Origin: a phage | Assembly: GCA_025830695.1 (NCBI GenBank) | Contig: GCA_025830695.1_4111.1 | DNA: 64,000 nucleotides | Direction: 5' to 3' (one strand) | Part shown: piece after piece, positions 46,055 through 55,692 of the stretch | Layout: each line of letters opens with the position of its first letter | Position numbering within the stretch: the stretch's first letter is position 1 | Program-made: the position numbers and the translations under genes | Notes under the pieces: generated by a model | What the model was told of the DNA's origin: nothing | Seen by the model: only the letters and a program-made list of their open reading frames with translations | Databases searched by the model: none

Positions 46055-46412
46055 TCTAATAGTACGTATAATGCAAGATGTTTGTAATAACCTTTATACA
46101 GGCAATTTTGACGATCCGAACATAAAAATATTATGTTATGATGGTTTTACAATGGTACATCCATCCTATTCAAATAATATCTACGTAGCATATACAGGTG
46201 AAAATCTATTATATCAATTTGATATATATAGTACAATGACAAAGATAATTTTGGATGCCTCTAAACCAGCAATCTTTATTGCTTCTCATGATTACCATTA
46301 CACTGAAGAATCACTATTTCAGTACTCAATGATTAATGACATTGGTGGGTTGACATTGGATGAGGTTAATGCTATACTAGCTGTCTCACGTTTGGTTAAA
46401 ACCCACAATTAG
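46047..46412 (+). CDS. EExFFQxS-motif family protein (member 17)
   Basis: TEESLFQYSMINDIGGLTLDE. Confidence 0.6.
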   Translation: MTSLIVRIMQDVCNNLYTGNFDDPNIKILCYDGFTMVHPSYSNNIYVAYTGENLLYQFDIYSTMTKIILDASKPAIFIASHDYHYTEESLFQYSMINDIGGLTLDEVNAILAVSRLVKTHN

Positions 46413-46421
46413 GAGATTCAT

Positions 46422-46613
46422 ATGTTCTGGAATTTATTATGCTTGTTTGGTCGTACATTGGTTCTTGCTATTATTCATACACCTGGTATTCGTAATTATG
46501 TTTCTTATGAATTTAAGAAAAATTATCACAACAATACTGAAGTTCGTACAACTAAGATGTGCAAAGACTTCAAGGTAGATGTTCCACCATTCAAGAAGTA
46601 CGAGGATGAATAA
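46422..46613 (+). CDS. small membrane-anchored protein
   Basis: 63 aa, RBS AGGAG. Confidence 0.5.
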   Translation: MFWNLLCLFGRTLVLAIIHTPGIRNYVSYEFKKNYHNNTEVRTTKMCKDFKVDVPPFKKYEDE

Positions 46614-46897
46614 TGGAATTCATTGTTGCACCTGATGAACTTAAAACATTCACGTTCAGAGATAATAACAATTATCCTTATACAAATCATTCATTGAATT
46701 CATTACATGTTATTGCAATCATTGCATCTGAATACAGGGATAATCCATGTATTGATTTTAAAACCACTGATGGCGAATATACATGGGTGATCCCAAAAGA
46801 TAAATATAGTTATCAAGGGGCAGTAGAAATTCGTGACTCGATTCTAAAACAAATCGAAGATGGAAATACTCATCCTAAACTAAACACTCAGTACTGA
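46613..46897 (+). CDS. hypothetical protein
   Basis: 94-aa ORF. Confidence 0.5.
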   Translation: MEFIVAPDELKTFTFRDNNNYPYTNHSLNSLHVIAIIASEYRDNPCIDFKTTDGEYTWVIPKDKYSYQGAVEIRDSILKQIEDGNTHPKLNTQY

Positions 46898-46910
46898 AAT
46901 CGTTTAACCC

Positions 46911-46966
46911 GATAGCTTCTAGTCAGTACTGATTCCTCCTTATGTATAGAAGCTATCACTTTTTTA
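46911..46966 (+). terminator. hairpin with large loop plus T-run (terminator-like)
   Basis: GATAGCTTCTA/TAGAAGCTATC stem, 25-nt loop, followed by TTTTTT; flanked by TCAGTACTGA copies. Confidence 0.4.
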
Positions 46967-47085
46967 CGTATAATGATATTACCCTCAAATTCATTATATT
47001 CGTTACCCTCTAACAGTATCTTTTTATTCCTCTTGGATGCTGTAATTTAGAAGTTGACTTTTTAACTTCTACTGTGTTATACTTA

Positions 47086-47114
47086 AGGCTGATTCGATGA
47101 ATCGGCCTTTTTTC
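47086..47114 (+). terminator. intrinsic terminator
   Basis: AGGCTGATTC-GAT-GAATCGGCCT followed by TTTTTTC. Confidence 0.65.
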
Positions 47115-47122
47115 TTATATAG

Positions 47123-47551
47123 GTGAATGCAATGAGTTATTTGTTTACTTTAATTGATAAGTATGTTGACATTGTATACCGTCAAGTTTGTAGTGATACG
47201 TTTGAAACAAAAAACCCAATTAGAGATGGCATTTTTGATGTTGTCGTTGGATCATTTTTGAATGGATACACCGAGACATTATACAACAGTAATAATATTT
47301 TTATTTCAGTTCAATCCAGACATACATCAGACTATGCTGTTAGCATTGATATTTGGGAAAATAATATAGAAATAGATATAACGGAACATACTAACATTCA
47401 TGTTGATGATACATTTAATCAATTAACTGAAGAAATGTACTTGCAGTTGAATTTTGTACATGATCTTACAAATATCAGTTATGATACATTAAGGAAAATA
47501 TGTTTTCTTAGTGGGGCGATCCGTAGTAATATGAGTAAGGATGGGAAGTGA
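47123..47551 (+). CDS. EExFFQxS-motif family protein (member 18, divergent)
   Basis: TEEMYLQLNFVHD. Confidence 0.5.
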   Translation: MNAMSYLFTLIDKYVDIVYRQVCSDTFETKNPIRDGIFDVVVGSFLNGYTETLYNSNNIFISVQSRHTSDYAVSIDIWENNIEIDITEHTNIHVDDTFNQLTEEMYLQLNFVHDLTNISYDTLRKICFLSGAIRSNMSKDGK

Positions 47552-47552
47552 A

Positions 47553-47969
47553 ATGTTAAAAATTCCACCTAAGTCGTTAACACATCTTATTGAATGTGGT
47601 GTAATATTTTCCGAAGGTGATACCTCATCATACACATTGGTCGATGAACCTTATAATTTTTCATACCAATCTTATAAAAATAATTCTAAAATTTCTTGTA
47701 GAGATGCTGAAAACATATTAATAGATGTTTCGTTACATAATGTTCCGAAATTTTACATTGATATCTTTGGTGATTCTTTGACAATTCGAACATATGATTA
47801 TTTTATTAATAACGACCTCTTGAGTCTTCCAATTGAACATGATACTATAGATTCAGAGATGTTCTTTCAACTATCAACAGTTTACGATTTACAGGGTTTA
47901 ACTGTTGAGCAGTTGAATGGAATATTTGAGATTTCACGAAACATACGAAGCAGGAATAAAAATGTCTAA
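47553..47969 (+). CDS. EExFFQxS-motif family protein (member 19)
   Basis: DSEMFFQLSTVYDLQGLTVEQ. Confidence 0.55.
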   Translation: MLKIPPKSLTHLIECGVIFSEGDTSSYTLVDEPYNFSYQSYKNNSKISCRDAENILIDVSLHNVPKFYIDIFGDSLTIRTYDYFINNDLLSLPIEHDTIDSEMFFQLSTVYDLQGLTVEQLNGIFEISRNIRSRNKNV

Positions 47970-48378
47970 TATTTTAAATGAAAAAACAGTTGATGTTGTT
48001 ATTGGTGTTCTTAACACCGCAACTTCATTTCAGAAGAAACACAGTACTGTATACTTCGGTGACGATTGTTGGCTGAACTATACATCTGATAATTCGTTTA
48101 TAATTCGTGTTGAGAAGGGTGATATTGGATTAACGATACATGCTTCCCACACTAAAACTGATAAGAAAATCACTGTTATTGCAAACAAGCCAAGTGTCTC
48201 AGATTTCTGGGATAGAATTGATGATTGCGACCATTTCATGTCAACATTCTATAAAACAGAAGAAGAACATTTCATGGATAGTACGGTCAAAGAATTAGCT
48301 ATTCCATTTAAACTTATGAAAGCAGTAAGAGATTTTATTTTAAAATACAAAAAAATAGGAGTTACTAATGCAATTTAA
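47962..48378 (+). CDS. EExFFQxS-motif family protein (member 20)
   Basis: TEEEHFMDSTVKE; start trimmed to ATG after AGGAA. Confidence 0.5.
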   Translation: MSNILNEKTVDVVIGVLNTATSFQKKHSTVYFGDDCWLNYTSDNSFIIRVEKGDIGLTIHASHTKTDKKITVIANKPSVSDFWDRIDDCDHFMSTFYKTEEEHFMDSTVKELAIPFKLMKAVRDFILKYKKIGVTNAI

Positions 48379-48814
48379 TGGTAAAGTTTCCAAAGTAGGT
48401 TTGGTTTTTGAAAACTGTGAATTTGTTGATATTGATGTAAAGAATGTTTTATGGATGCATATTGCTGATGAGAAGACTCTTTGTAGCCGTTTTTCAAACG
48501 GACTGACAATTAGTACTGTTATCGGTGAGTTCGGTATTGCATTACGCAGCAATACACCATCGGATTTCATGGACAACTCTACACTGTTAGACCGTTTAAA
48601 AATGCGTGACGTTACACATGTTTATCTATATGATACTAACGGTGTTGAACAGCGTTATGTAGTTGAATGGGCTAATTATAACCTTAGTGATCAATATTCA
48701 GTAAACCAGCGTGTTCAACTCACCCCTGGTGGTAATATTGTGTTTGTTAGTTCAACTGGTAAATTAATCAGTGTAGATGATAAAAACATTGACCTATTCA
48801 CCGCATATAACTAA
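48368..48814 (+). CDS. hypothetical protein
   Basis: 148-aa ORF, RBS AGGAG. Confidence 0.55.
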   Translation: MQFNGKVSKVGLVFENCEFVDIDVKNVLWMHIADEKTLCSRFSNGLTISTVIGEFGIALRSNTPSDFMDNSTLLDRLKMRDVTHVYLYDTNGVEQRYVVEWANYNLSDQYSVNQRVQLTPGGNIVFVSSTGKLISVDDKNIDLFTAYN

Positions 48815-48825
48815 TACGAGCTTCC

Positions 48826-49245
48826 ATGAAAACAATCCAAATTCATTTCAAAGACACTTGGACAGAAGTAAGTACTGGTAATATTCAGGATATTTTATAT
48901 AGTACTGAAACTATTCATGTTTATGATGAAGAGACTGCTTCCGAGCAGTTAAAAGTTTTGCATCGTAGTGTTGGTGTGCACACTGAATATGGCATTAAAC
49001 ATACTCGTGAATTACTTAATACTAATCACATTGAAACCCGTAAAGCAAACTTATCAAAAGAAGAAATGTTCGATTTCATCCTGAACCATAAAGTTCATAT
49101 TGAGCCTGATGGGTCTATATGGGAGAACACTGCTGGACAAAAAGTGCTGAAAAAATATCATGTTTCAATTGATAATGTAAAAATGTCAGGGTATGATTTG
49201 GAAGATGCAATTAATGAATATGTATCTAGGCAGAGGGCAAATTGA
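48826..49245 (+). CDS. hypothetical protein
   Basis: 139-aa ORF. Confidence 0.5.
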   Translation: MKTIQIHFKDTWTEVSTGNIQDILYSTETIHVYDEETASEQLKVLHRSVGVHTEYGIKHTRELLNTNHIETRKANLSKEEMFDFILNHKVHIEPDGSIWENTAGQKVLKKYHVSIDNVKMSGYDLEDAINEYVSRQRAN

Positions 49246-49616
49246 TGAGCTTGATAACATTTACAATTATTTGTTGCATTACTATTGTACTTTGTCGCCT
49301 GATTCATGTATACTCATATCATAAAGCGTTGCGAATCGAACAAGAGATTTACAACGAAAACCGAGAACCAGAACCAGTCAAGAAGCCACCATCACCTTAT
49401 GGGTTGAAACGTGAGATGCATTCTCAAAGTAAAAAGTGGGGTTATGCAATTACTAAAAATGGCTACATCTATACTGCAAGTAATGGTTATTTTCAAATTC
49501 ACCACGAATTAGAAGTGGCAGTTCAAATTTTGTGGGAGATGGAGGACATTGGTGGTTATGAGCGTACTAAGTTTGAATTCATATCAAATGATCCAGGAAC
49601 TTCACGAGAAACATGA
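49242..49616 (+). CDS. membrane-anchored protein
   Basis: N-terminal hydrophobic helix; ATGA overlap. Confidence 0.5.
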   Translation: MMSLITFTIICCITIVLCRLIHVYSYHKALRIEQEIYNENREPEPVKKPPSPYGLKREMHSQSKKWGYAITKNGYIYTASNGYFQIHHELEVAVQILWEMEDIGGYERTKFEFISNDPGTSRET

Positions 49617-49761
49617 TATAATTGTTGATGTGGAGAAGAAGGAAGTCGTTATGAAAAAGCAAGCATATAGAATTTTAGAAGACTTCCATCTAAAAGCATT
49701 TATAATGAAGTTCTGTACAGATGAACATCTTACCGGACGAGTAATACGTAAGGAGTTGTAA
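49558..49761 (+). CDS. hypothetical small protein (start uncertain)
   Basis: ORF-track ORF overlapping upstream gene; alternative start ATG 49651 after GGAGAAGAAGGAAG. Confidence 0.3.
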   Translation: MSVLSLNSYQMIQELHEKHDIIVDVEKKEVVMKKQAYRILEDFHLKAFIMKFCTDEHLTGRVIRKEL

Positions 49762-50103
49762 ATGAACTTAAGTTCAACAATTCAGTACTTGAGCAGTAAC
49801 TTCGAGAAAATTATTTCTCGCGGTGGGATGATTGTACACCCAGAAACAGAGGAAATGTACATCATTGGATTTGATAAAAATTCTTATGATCAAGTACTTG
49901 TAATTTCCAAGTTAGAAAGTTATAATGAAGTTGTTCAGTTTTGCTGTACCGAATTTGGTATCTATATTAAAGACGCTGAAACTAATACAATTTCGCATTA
50001 TTTTTACCACACACTGATGGGTACTAAAGACTTCGGCTTGAAGTTCGATGATTTAGTACAATGTCACTATATGTTTAAAACCTTCCCAGCTAGTGGGCAT
50101 TAA
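49762..50103 (+). CDS. hypothetical protein
   Basis: 113-aa ORF, RBS AAGGAG. Confidence 0.55.
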   Translation: MNLSSTIQYLSSNFEKIISRGGMIVHPETEEMYIIGFDKNSYDQVLVISKLESYNEVVQFCCTEFGIYIKDAETNTISHYFYHTLMGTKDFGLKFDDLVQCHYMFKTFPASGH

Positions 50104-50116
50104 GGAGTATATCAAT

Positions 50117-50905
50117 ATGAGCAACATTTTCTTCAAAACTATTTCTTTCAAAAAAGCATCTTACTCCTACGCCTACGTTGATGGTAAAGTGCTTAATATT
50201 GTACTGGATGGTGTTGACGTACCAGTTGAATTTAAAACACATGAAGAAGCAGTTGAAGGTGCTAAAGAATTGAATTCAATTCTTAATGGTGAAGTAAGTC
50301 AAAAACAACATGTAAAATCTGATTTAGATGTACTTTTGGAAAAAATCAAAACTGGTGAAGTATTAGAAATTTTAGACAACTGTAATGAAAAACTTCGTAA
50401 TGTAGTTAATAATGTTCGTGACCAGATTCAAGAAAAAGCACTAGAGCAAGCATTCAAACATGTATCCAAGAATGCTGAATCTCGTATTGACGGTATGGTT
50501 AAAAATCTTGATGATGTACTATCTCATCTCTTTACTAAAGAATACGAACAAGAAGTTGAAGAAGAACCAGTAAAAGAAACTAAAAAAGAAAAACGTAGCT
50601 TTGGCTCAGGTGATGATGTGTTTGGTTTTACGAATGTCCGAACAAGTGCAGATGAACCAAAAGAAATTAGTGAGATGCTCATTGGTGACATGACAACTAA
50701 GCAGCTTCGTAATGAAATTGACAAGTTTGTAACTAGTTGTATCAAATCAGAACGTGCACAAAGTATGTTTAAAAGCATTAGTGAGAACTTTGGTCCAGAA
50801 GCAACTGAGCAGGCACTAACTGCATTTAAAGAATTGATTTATAATGTAGCCATTAGCAATCCAGATAAAACACTTGAAGAAGTTCTACGTGACAATTTCA
50901 AATAA
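50117..50905 (+). CDS. hypothetical protein
   Basis: Trimmed to ATG after AAGGAG. Confidence 0.55.
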   Translation: MSNIFFKTISFKKASYSYAYVDGKVLNIVLDGVDVPVEFKTHEEAVEGAKELNSILNGEVSQKQHVKSDLDVLLEKIKTGEVLEILDNCNEKLRNVVNNVRDQIQEKALEQAFKHVSKNAESRIDGMVKNLDDVLSHLFTKEYEQEVEEEPVKETKKEKRSFGSGDDVFGFTNVRTSADEPKEISEMLIGDMTTKQLRNEIDKFVTSCIKSERAQSMFKSISENFGPEATEQALTAFKELIYNVAISNPDKTLEEVLRDNFK

Positions 50906-50918
50906 TTAGATAAAATTA

Positions 50919-50947
50919 AAGCCACTACAATGTAGTGGCTTTTTTTA
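50919..50947. terminator. bidirectional intrinsic terminator between convergent genes
   Basis: AGCCACTACA/TGTAGTGGCT palindromic hairpin followed by TTTTTTT on + and an A-run upstream (U-run on minus). Confidence 0.65.
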
Positions 50948-52102
50948 TTATGCGTTGTAACCAACTATTACGACTGAGCAGTCAAGCGGTTCTACTACTT
51001 TAAGAATTACATTATCATCTTCATCCACTTGTATTTCACTATGAACTACATGATTGTCTGAAGAATATAATTGAACTTGTGGTAGTGCTTTACCATGTTC
51101 AGTTACTGGAACTGAGATAGAGTACATAGAGTCTTCACCGAGAACCCACTCACTTAAAGTATATTCTTTATGGAAAGGAGTAGTATGCAGTGTTTTTCCG
51201 ATTATACTCAAAGAAACAGGTAAATTGTCAGTTTGATACACAGTAATATTACCTTCTGCGTCTACAGAAAGATCTACACCAACTTGATATAAGTCACCAC
51301 TGTATGCTTGAAGTGCTAAGTACTGTCCACGATCATGAACATCAAATGGAACAACCGCAGAAAATACACCTTCCGAAACAGGTTCAAATTGGGATAGAAG
51401 AACTGATGTAACAAAATCAATATCCTCACCACTTTCAAGAACATCAAATTCCACCACTTTAGTGTTATAATATGGAGAAGTGAGTGTAGCAGTACCTTTT
51501 CCTGATTGTGTGATAACATCAACTGGAATTGTAAATGCATCATTAACAAATTGGGTAGTAAAGTATTCTGTTCCGTCTGGTAATACGATTGTTATTACCA
51601 TACCGTTAGTATCAATTTCTGAACCAGTATTGAATAATTTACCACTAATTGAGTCATTACCAACAAATACTGGTGAAATGAGAATATTATCTATATCACG
51701 ATCTATAATACCACATTCAGGTGTATACATATGATACAAGGTTTGTGAACTACCTAAAATTGTTCTATGTAGCATGAATTTATATACAAATCCAGTATCA
51801 GTTTCTTGTGGCTCTTCAGAATATCCACGAACAAAGAAACAATTTTTATTAATTTCACTTAATAGTTGGTCATTAGTTTTATTGTAATTTAATAGATAAC
51901 CTTTATTATCTTTAGTTGTTATTTGTACTTTACGATATATTATATTAGTTCTTGGATCAACTAAATCATATAATCTATGGCTTCTTTGGCGATAGATTCT
52001 AATATTTTTTAGTCTAGTTCCATCATTGAGGATTGCACCATCAACAACATAACCACATTCACCAAACTTATAGCGTCCAGCCGCAGCAATTGACCTTGAC
52101 AT
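50948..52102 (-). CDS. hypothetical protein; only sizeable minus-strand gene in the window
   Basis: 384-aa ORF on minus strand; strong RBS GGAGGG; own promoter; no motif recognised. Confidence 0.6.
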   Translation of the reverse strand: MSRSIAAAGRYKFGECGYVVDGAILNDGTRLKNIRIYRQRSHRLYDLVDPRTNIIYRKVQITTKDNKGYLLNYNKTNDQLLSEINKNCFFVRGYSEEPQETDTGFVYKFMLHRTILGSSQTLYHMYTPECGIIDRDIDNILISPVFVGNDSISGKLFNTGSEIDTNGMVITIVLPDGTEYFTTQFVNDAFTIPVDVITQSGKGTATLTSPYYNTKVVEFDVLESGEDIDFVTSVLLSQFEPVSEGVFSAVVPFDVHDRGQYLALQAYSGDLYQVGVDLSVDAEGNITVYQTDNLPVSLSIIGKTLHTTPFHKEYTLSEWVLGEDSMYSISVPVTEHGKALPQVQLYSSDNHVVHSEIQVDEDDNVILKVVEPLDCSVVIVGYNA

Positions 52103-52124
52103 TTATCCCTCCATTGGTATAATT

Positions 52125-52153
52125 ATTATAACGTATTTATTATGCATATCCAA
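52125..52153 (-). promoter_or_regulatory. sigma70-type promoter for the minus-strand gene
   Basis: On minus strand TTGGAT-N17-TATAAT. Confidence 0.45.
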
Positions 52154-52163
52154 AAAATGAGCT

Positions 52164-52192
52164 TGACTGGTGTATGATTTGGTGTTATCATG
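52164..52192 (+). promoter_or_regulatory. sigma70-type promoter, divergent from the minus-strand promoter
   Basis: TTGACT-N17-TATCAT. Confidence 0.5.
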
Positions 52193-52218
52193 TAGTGAAT
52201 GAATAATGAGGTGTTTTT

Positions 52219-52803
52219 ATGAATGTTATTGATAATAGATTAGTACTGAAAAATGGAAAAATGACTGTTAAGTTATATAAAGATGAAGCTGATTCTTTTA
52301 TGGCAAAAGCGATTGAAAAATCAGAACGATATAAACTTTTGGCTCCAGCAAGTAAATCGCCATATGGTTTTAATCATGCACATAGTCATTTTGTTGGTAT
52401 GGTGTGTGAGCACGCATCTTTAGTACTTTTTAATGAAATTGAAAACAATACTGGTATTAAACTTAATATCGATCCAGCATTCCAAAATGAAGCACGTGAC
52501 GGTGAATGTGATATTAAGGTAAACAACCTTCGTATTGAAGTAAAAGGTATCAAGTATAAATCATGGACTGACTTTGGACCATGTGTTAGTACTCGACAGT
52601 TAAAAAATATCCAGAAAAAAGCTGACGTAATACTATGGGTATTGTATAATGAGAAAAAACAAGAGTTCACGTTTGAGGGATTCAACTATGTAAAAGATAT
52701 TAGTTCTATCCCAGTTATCCTCACTGGTGTACCAGGGCGACCAATGATTGAAAATCACCCAGTACTCGGTATTATGAAACCACTACAGGAGTTACCATTG
52801 TGA
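52219..52803 (+). CDS. hypothetical protein, possible PD-(D/E)xK-like nuclease
   Basis: Motif GECDIKVNNLRIEVKG resembles D...(D/E)xK. Confidence 0.5.
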   Translation: MNVIDNRLVLKNGKMTVKLYKDEADSFMAKAIEKSERYKLLAPASKSPYGFNHAHSHFVGMVCEHASLVLFNEIENNTGIKLNIDPAFQNEARDGECDIKVNNLRIEVKGIKYKSWTDFGPCVSTRQLKNIQKKADVILWVLYNEKKQEFTFEGFNYVKDISSIPVILTGVPGRPMIENHPVLGIMKPLQELPL

Positions 52804-53027
52804 TTACTGCAACTGTATATCAAGATATCAATGAAGAATTTCATTCTAAAATTGCGTTCTTATCATTTCCTGTACTCCCAGCAGTTGGGTCAACGTTGAA
52901 TCTTACCATTTGTGGTTTTGAGAAATATTATAAAGTACTAGATATTGAGTACTGTGCTGATGTATATTCATGTAATAGTGAAATTGCAATTCCAGTATCA
53001 ATCGATATTATTGTAAAAGAGGTTTGA
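52800..53027 (+). CDS. hypothetical protein
   Basis: 75-aa ORF. Confidence 0.45.
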   Translation: MITATVYQDINEEFHSKIAFLSFPVLPAVGSTLNLTICGFEKYYKVLDIEYCADVYSCNSEIAIPVSIDIIVKEV

Positions 53028-53485
53028 TTATGTTTAAGAATTTTATGGTTATCGTAGCAGTACTGTTTGGTACATCATGTTTCATTTCCCCAGTACACGC
53101 AGAAGAACAACGTCAAACTATTAAAACTATTGGGACTGGTAAAACTCCCCCTAAACGTACTGCTGAAGAATACATGCCTGAAATGCGTGAACGTTATCGT
53201 CAGACATACAGGGAAAAACATGCTAATGATAAACCCATCAAGAAGCATAAATGGGAAGTTGTTAAATCTCCTTCATTTTGTGCTGGATATGCTAAAGTAA
53301 AGATTGAGCAGCACAAAAACCAGTACTATAAAGATATGTATTCCTTCTATGACTCCAGAATTTCTGACACAGATATGATGGCAGGGAAGGTTGATAAAGA
53401 AGAATTTCTACAAGGCTATGATATGATGGACGATGACAAAATCATGGAATGCGTTGAAGTGTATGAAAAATACAGAGGCTTCTGA
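53024..53485 (+). CDS. secreted/periplasmic protein
   Basis: N-terminal signal-peptide-like VIVAVLFGTSCFISPVHA. Confidence 0.5.
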   Translation: MIMFKNFMVIVAVLFGTSCFISPVHAEEQRQTIKTIGTGKTPPKRTAEEYMPEMRERYRQTYREKHANDKPIKKHKWEVVKSPSFCAGYAKVKIEQHKNQYYKDMYSFYDSRISDTDMMAGKVDKEEFLQGYDMMDDDKIMECVEVYEKYRGF

Positions 53486-53961
53486 TGTTAACAATAGTGT
53501 TGTTGGTAAGTCCATTTGTGTATTTTGTGCTGTATAATATTTTTAGTAATGCTAATCATTTTAAATATGCACAAACAATTGCAAAGCATGAAGGTTTTTG
53601 GAATTTTTTCCCAGCATTACTATGCTCATATCTATACCATGAACGCTATTTCATTTTTCCTGAATATAAAAATTATGGTTATGATTCTAAAGTAAATGGT
53701 ATAATTGAGTACTGTATAAGAAATTATCTTAATAATAATGATAACGTCCAAGTAAGAATAGGAAATGGTAATATATCAAGAATAGTTTTCATACCTGATA
53801 TACAAGATCCAATATACTTATATCCATATGATTATAGTATTAGTGTAGGTTGTTCGATACATGGTAGTAAATCTATGTACGATTACTTTATCTTACCACC
53901 AACACAAATTAGATTAATAGAAAAATATTTGAGGGAAAAGTTTGACAACAAAGATTCTTAG
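53485..53961 (+). CDS. hypothetical protein
   Basis: 158-aa ORF, hydrophobic N-terminus. Confidence 0.5.
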   Translation: MLTIVLLVSPFVYFVLYNIFSNANHFKYAQTIAKHEGFWNFFPALLCSYLYHERYFIFPEYKNYGYDSKVNGIIEYCIRNYLNNNDNVQVRIGNGNISRIVFIPDIQDPIYLYPYDYSISVGCSIHGSKSMYDYFILPPTQIRLIEKYLREKFDNKDS

Positions 53962-54002
53962 TATTATAATTAACACACCAAGTAACCCAAGGGGGGTGGA
54001 AA

Positions 54003-54461
54003 ATGGATGTATTAGCTACAAATTTCAAACGTAATGTTGAAGAGCGTGAAGGTTATTTTAGTATTAGTGAAGTTGTCGATGACAATTTTAAACAATACAT
54101 TTTTAATAGTGCAATTAAATTAAAATGCACAAAAGATTCACCTGATCGTAGCTTTACTAAATGGATTGCGTATTGGGAAGATTCACCAGTTGCAATTGAA
54201 ATGACTGTGATTACAACAGTACTTGAAACTGGTTACATCAAAGCCATTATAGTTGATAAGAAAGTCCGTACTCTTGATGAAATTAATCCATATCCAGCCC
54301 GAAATTCTAAAGTTTTTGGTGTGTTGGTTGATGGTAAATTTATGATAGAAAAAGATGCAAAGGAATATGTAATTAATAAACTTCAAACTACATCAGAAAA
54401 AAAGGAAGTAGTGGACCAAAACTCTGTTGATGCAATCAAAAAAGCATGGGGACTAAAGTAA
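54003..54461 (+). CDS. hypothetical protein
   Basis: 152-aa ORF, RBS GGGGGTGG. Confidence 0.5.
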   Translation: MDVLATNFKRNVEEREGYFSISEVVDDNFKQYIFNSAIKLKCTKDSPDRSFTKWIAYWEDSPVAIEMTVITTVLETGYIKAIIVDKKVRTLDEINPYPARNSKVFGVLVDGKFMIEKDAKEYVINKLQTTSEKKEVVDQNSVDAIKKAWGLK

Positions 54462-54462
54462 T

Positions 54463-54885
54463 ATGTTCACACTAAGTAATGCAAAATATCTTTTTCTTAT
54501 TAGTATTATTGGTTGGGTTATGGCTCCAGTGCTAAATGCACTGGGGTTTTCCGATGAACATAAACTTTTAAATGTTTCAGGTTTAATTCAGGGTATTTCA
54601 TGGTATACATTAATTACATTTTCAGTGTGCATCAATACATTTGCCCGTGATTATCGACGTTTGTTATATCTGAAAGTATTTGGAACTACACGATATAGTT
54701 TTGTTTACACTTTCATTTTAGTACCGTGTATGTTATATGCATTTGTATTTGATTACTATACATATCTATGGGTATGTGGAACTATGTTTGTTATGTTGGA
54801 ATACATCAGAACTGTTCAAAACTCATATGCCGATGAGTTTCATGATCTAGAAGTTAAACGAAAATTAACGGAGCTAAACAAATGA
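54463..54885 (+). CDS. integral membrane protein
   Basis: Several hydrophobic helices. Confidence 0.5.
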   Translation: MFTLSNAKYLFLISIIGWVMAPVLNALGFSDEHKLLNVSGLIQGISWYTLITFSVCINTFARDYRRLLYLKVFGTTRYSFVYTFILVPCMLYAFVFDYYTYLWVCGTMFVMLEYIRTVQNSYADEFHDLEVKRKLTELNK

Positions 54886-55307
54886 GAGGCTATAATAAGA
54901 TTTGTATTTTTGTATTTTTAGTTTGTGCATTCAATTCGTTTGGTTACTACTGTACAGAAAATAATATTTCATATGGTTTAAATCCTTTGTGGTTTACAAT
55001 TTCCAATGTAGCACAAATTGGTATTGCTCTTATGTCTGCACTTATGTTCTGTCCAATTGTCACTATGGATACTGATCATGAAAGGCTTGGATTTCTCCGT
55101 GATACTGGAGACGAACCTTACAGTAGATTGATTGTGTTGTATCCATTTATTGTTATTTTAGGTACTAACATCCAACTTGGGTCATTATCTAATAGTGTTA
55201 CATCAGCAGCTATTGCTATATTTGCATTCACATTTTTTATGGTACACAAATCAGTACTTAATTGGTATATCACAAAAATGGCAGAAGAAGGTACTAAAAA
55301 TACTTGA
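54882..55307 (+). CDS. integral membrane protein
   Basis: Several hydrophobic helices. Confidence 0.5.
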   Translation: MRGYNKICIFVFLVCAFNSFGYYCTENNISYGLNPLWFTISNVAQIGIALMSALMFCPIVTMDTDHERLGFLRDTGDEPYSRLIVLYPFIVILGTNIQLGSLSNSVTSAAIAIFAFTFFMVHKSVLNWYITKMAEEGTKNT

Positions 55308-55332
55308 CATAATTTAGTATGTTATATATAAT
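55304..55332 (+). promoter_or_regulatory. sigma70-type promoter
   Basis: TTGACA-N17-TATAAT. Confidence 0.55.
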
Positions 55333-55366
55333 TATTTTGTTAAAAACAAATTAGAGTAAGGAACTT

Positions 55367-55618
55367 ATGAACATCGATAAGGTCAAAGAACTTAGTGCTG
55401 CACTAATTAAGAATGAAGAAGTTTGTGAAGAACTTCGCAGTACTATCAAAGTTGAGTACGCACGACTCCAAGGTATGCTTCAAGAATCAGAATGGGTAGT
55501 AACTAAATCTATCGAAGCAATCTATAAGGATATCGAATCCCTTTTCAACAAGAAAAGTAAGATTGAATCTGATTCATATAACAAACGTAAAGAGTTATCT
55601 ACTGCACTTGGTATCTAA
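55367..55618 (+). CDS. hypothetical protein
   Basis: 83-aa ORF, RBS AAGGAA. Confidence 0.5.
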   Translation: MNIDKVKELSAALIKNEEVCEELRSTIKVEYARLQGMLQESEWVVTKSIEAIYKDIESLFNKKSKIESDSYNKRKELSTALGI

Positions 55619-55624
55619 AAGTAT

Positions 55625-55653
55625 TTGACATAACAAATAATATGGAGTACAAT
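55625..55653 (+). promoter_or_regulatory. sigma70-type promoter
   Basis: TTGACA-N17-TACAAT. Confidence 0.55.
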
Positions 55654-55692
55654 GTGCTCCTAATTTAATTATCAGCTAGAAAGGAAAACATT

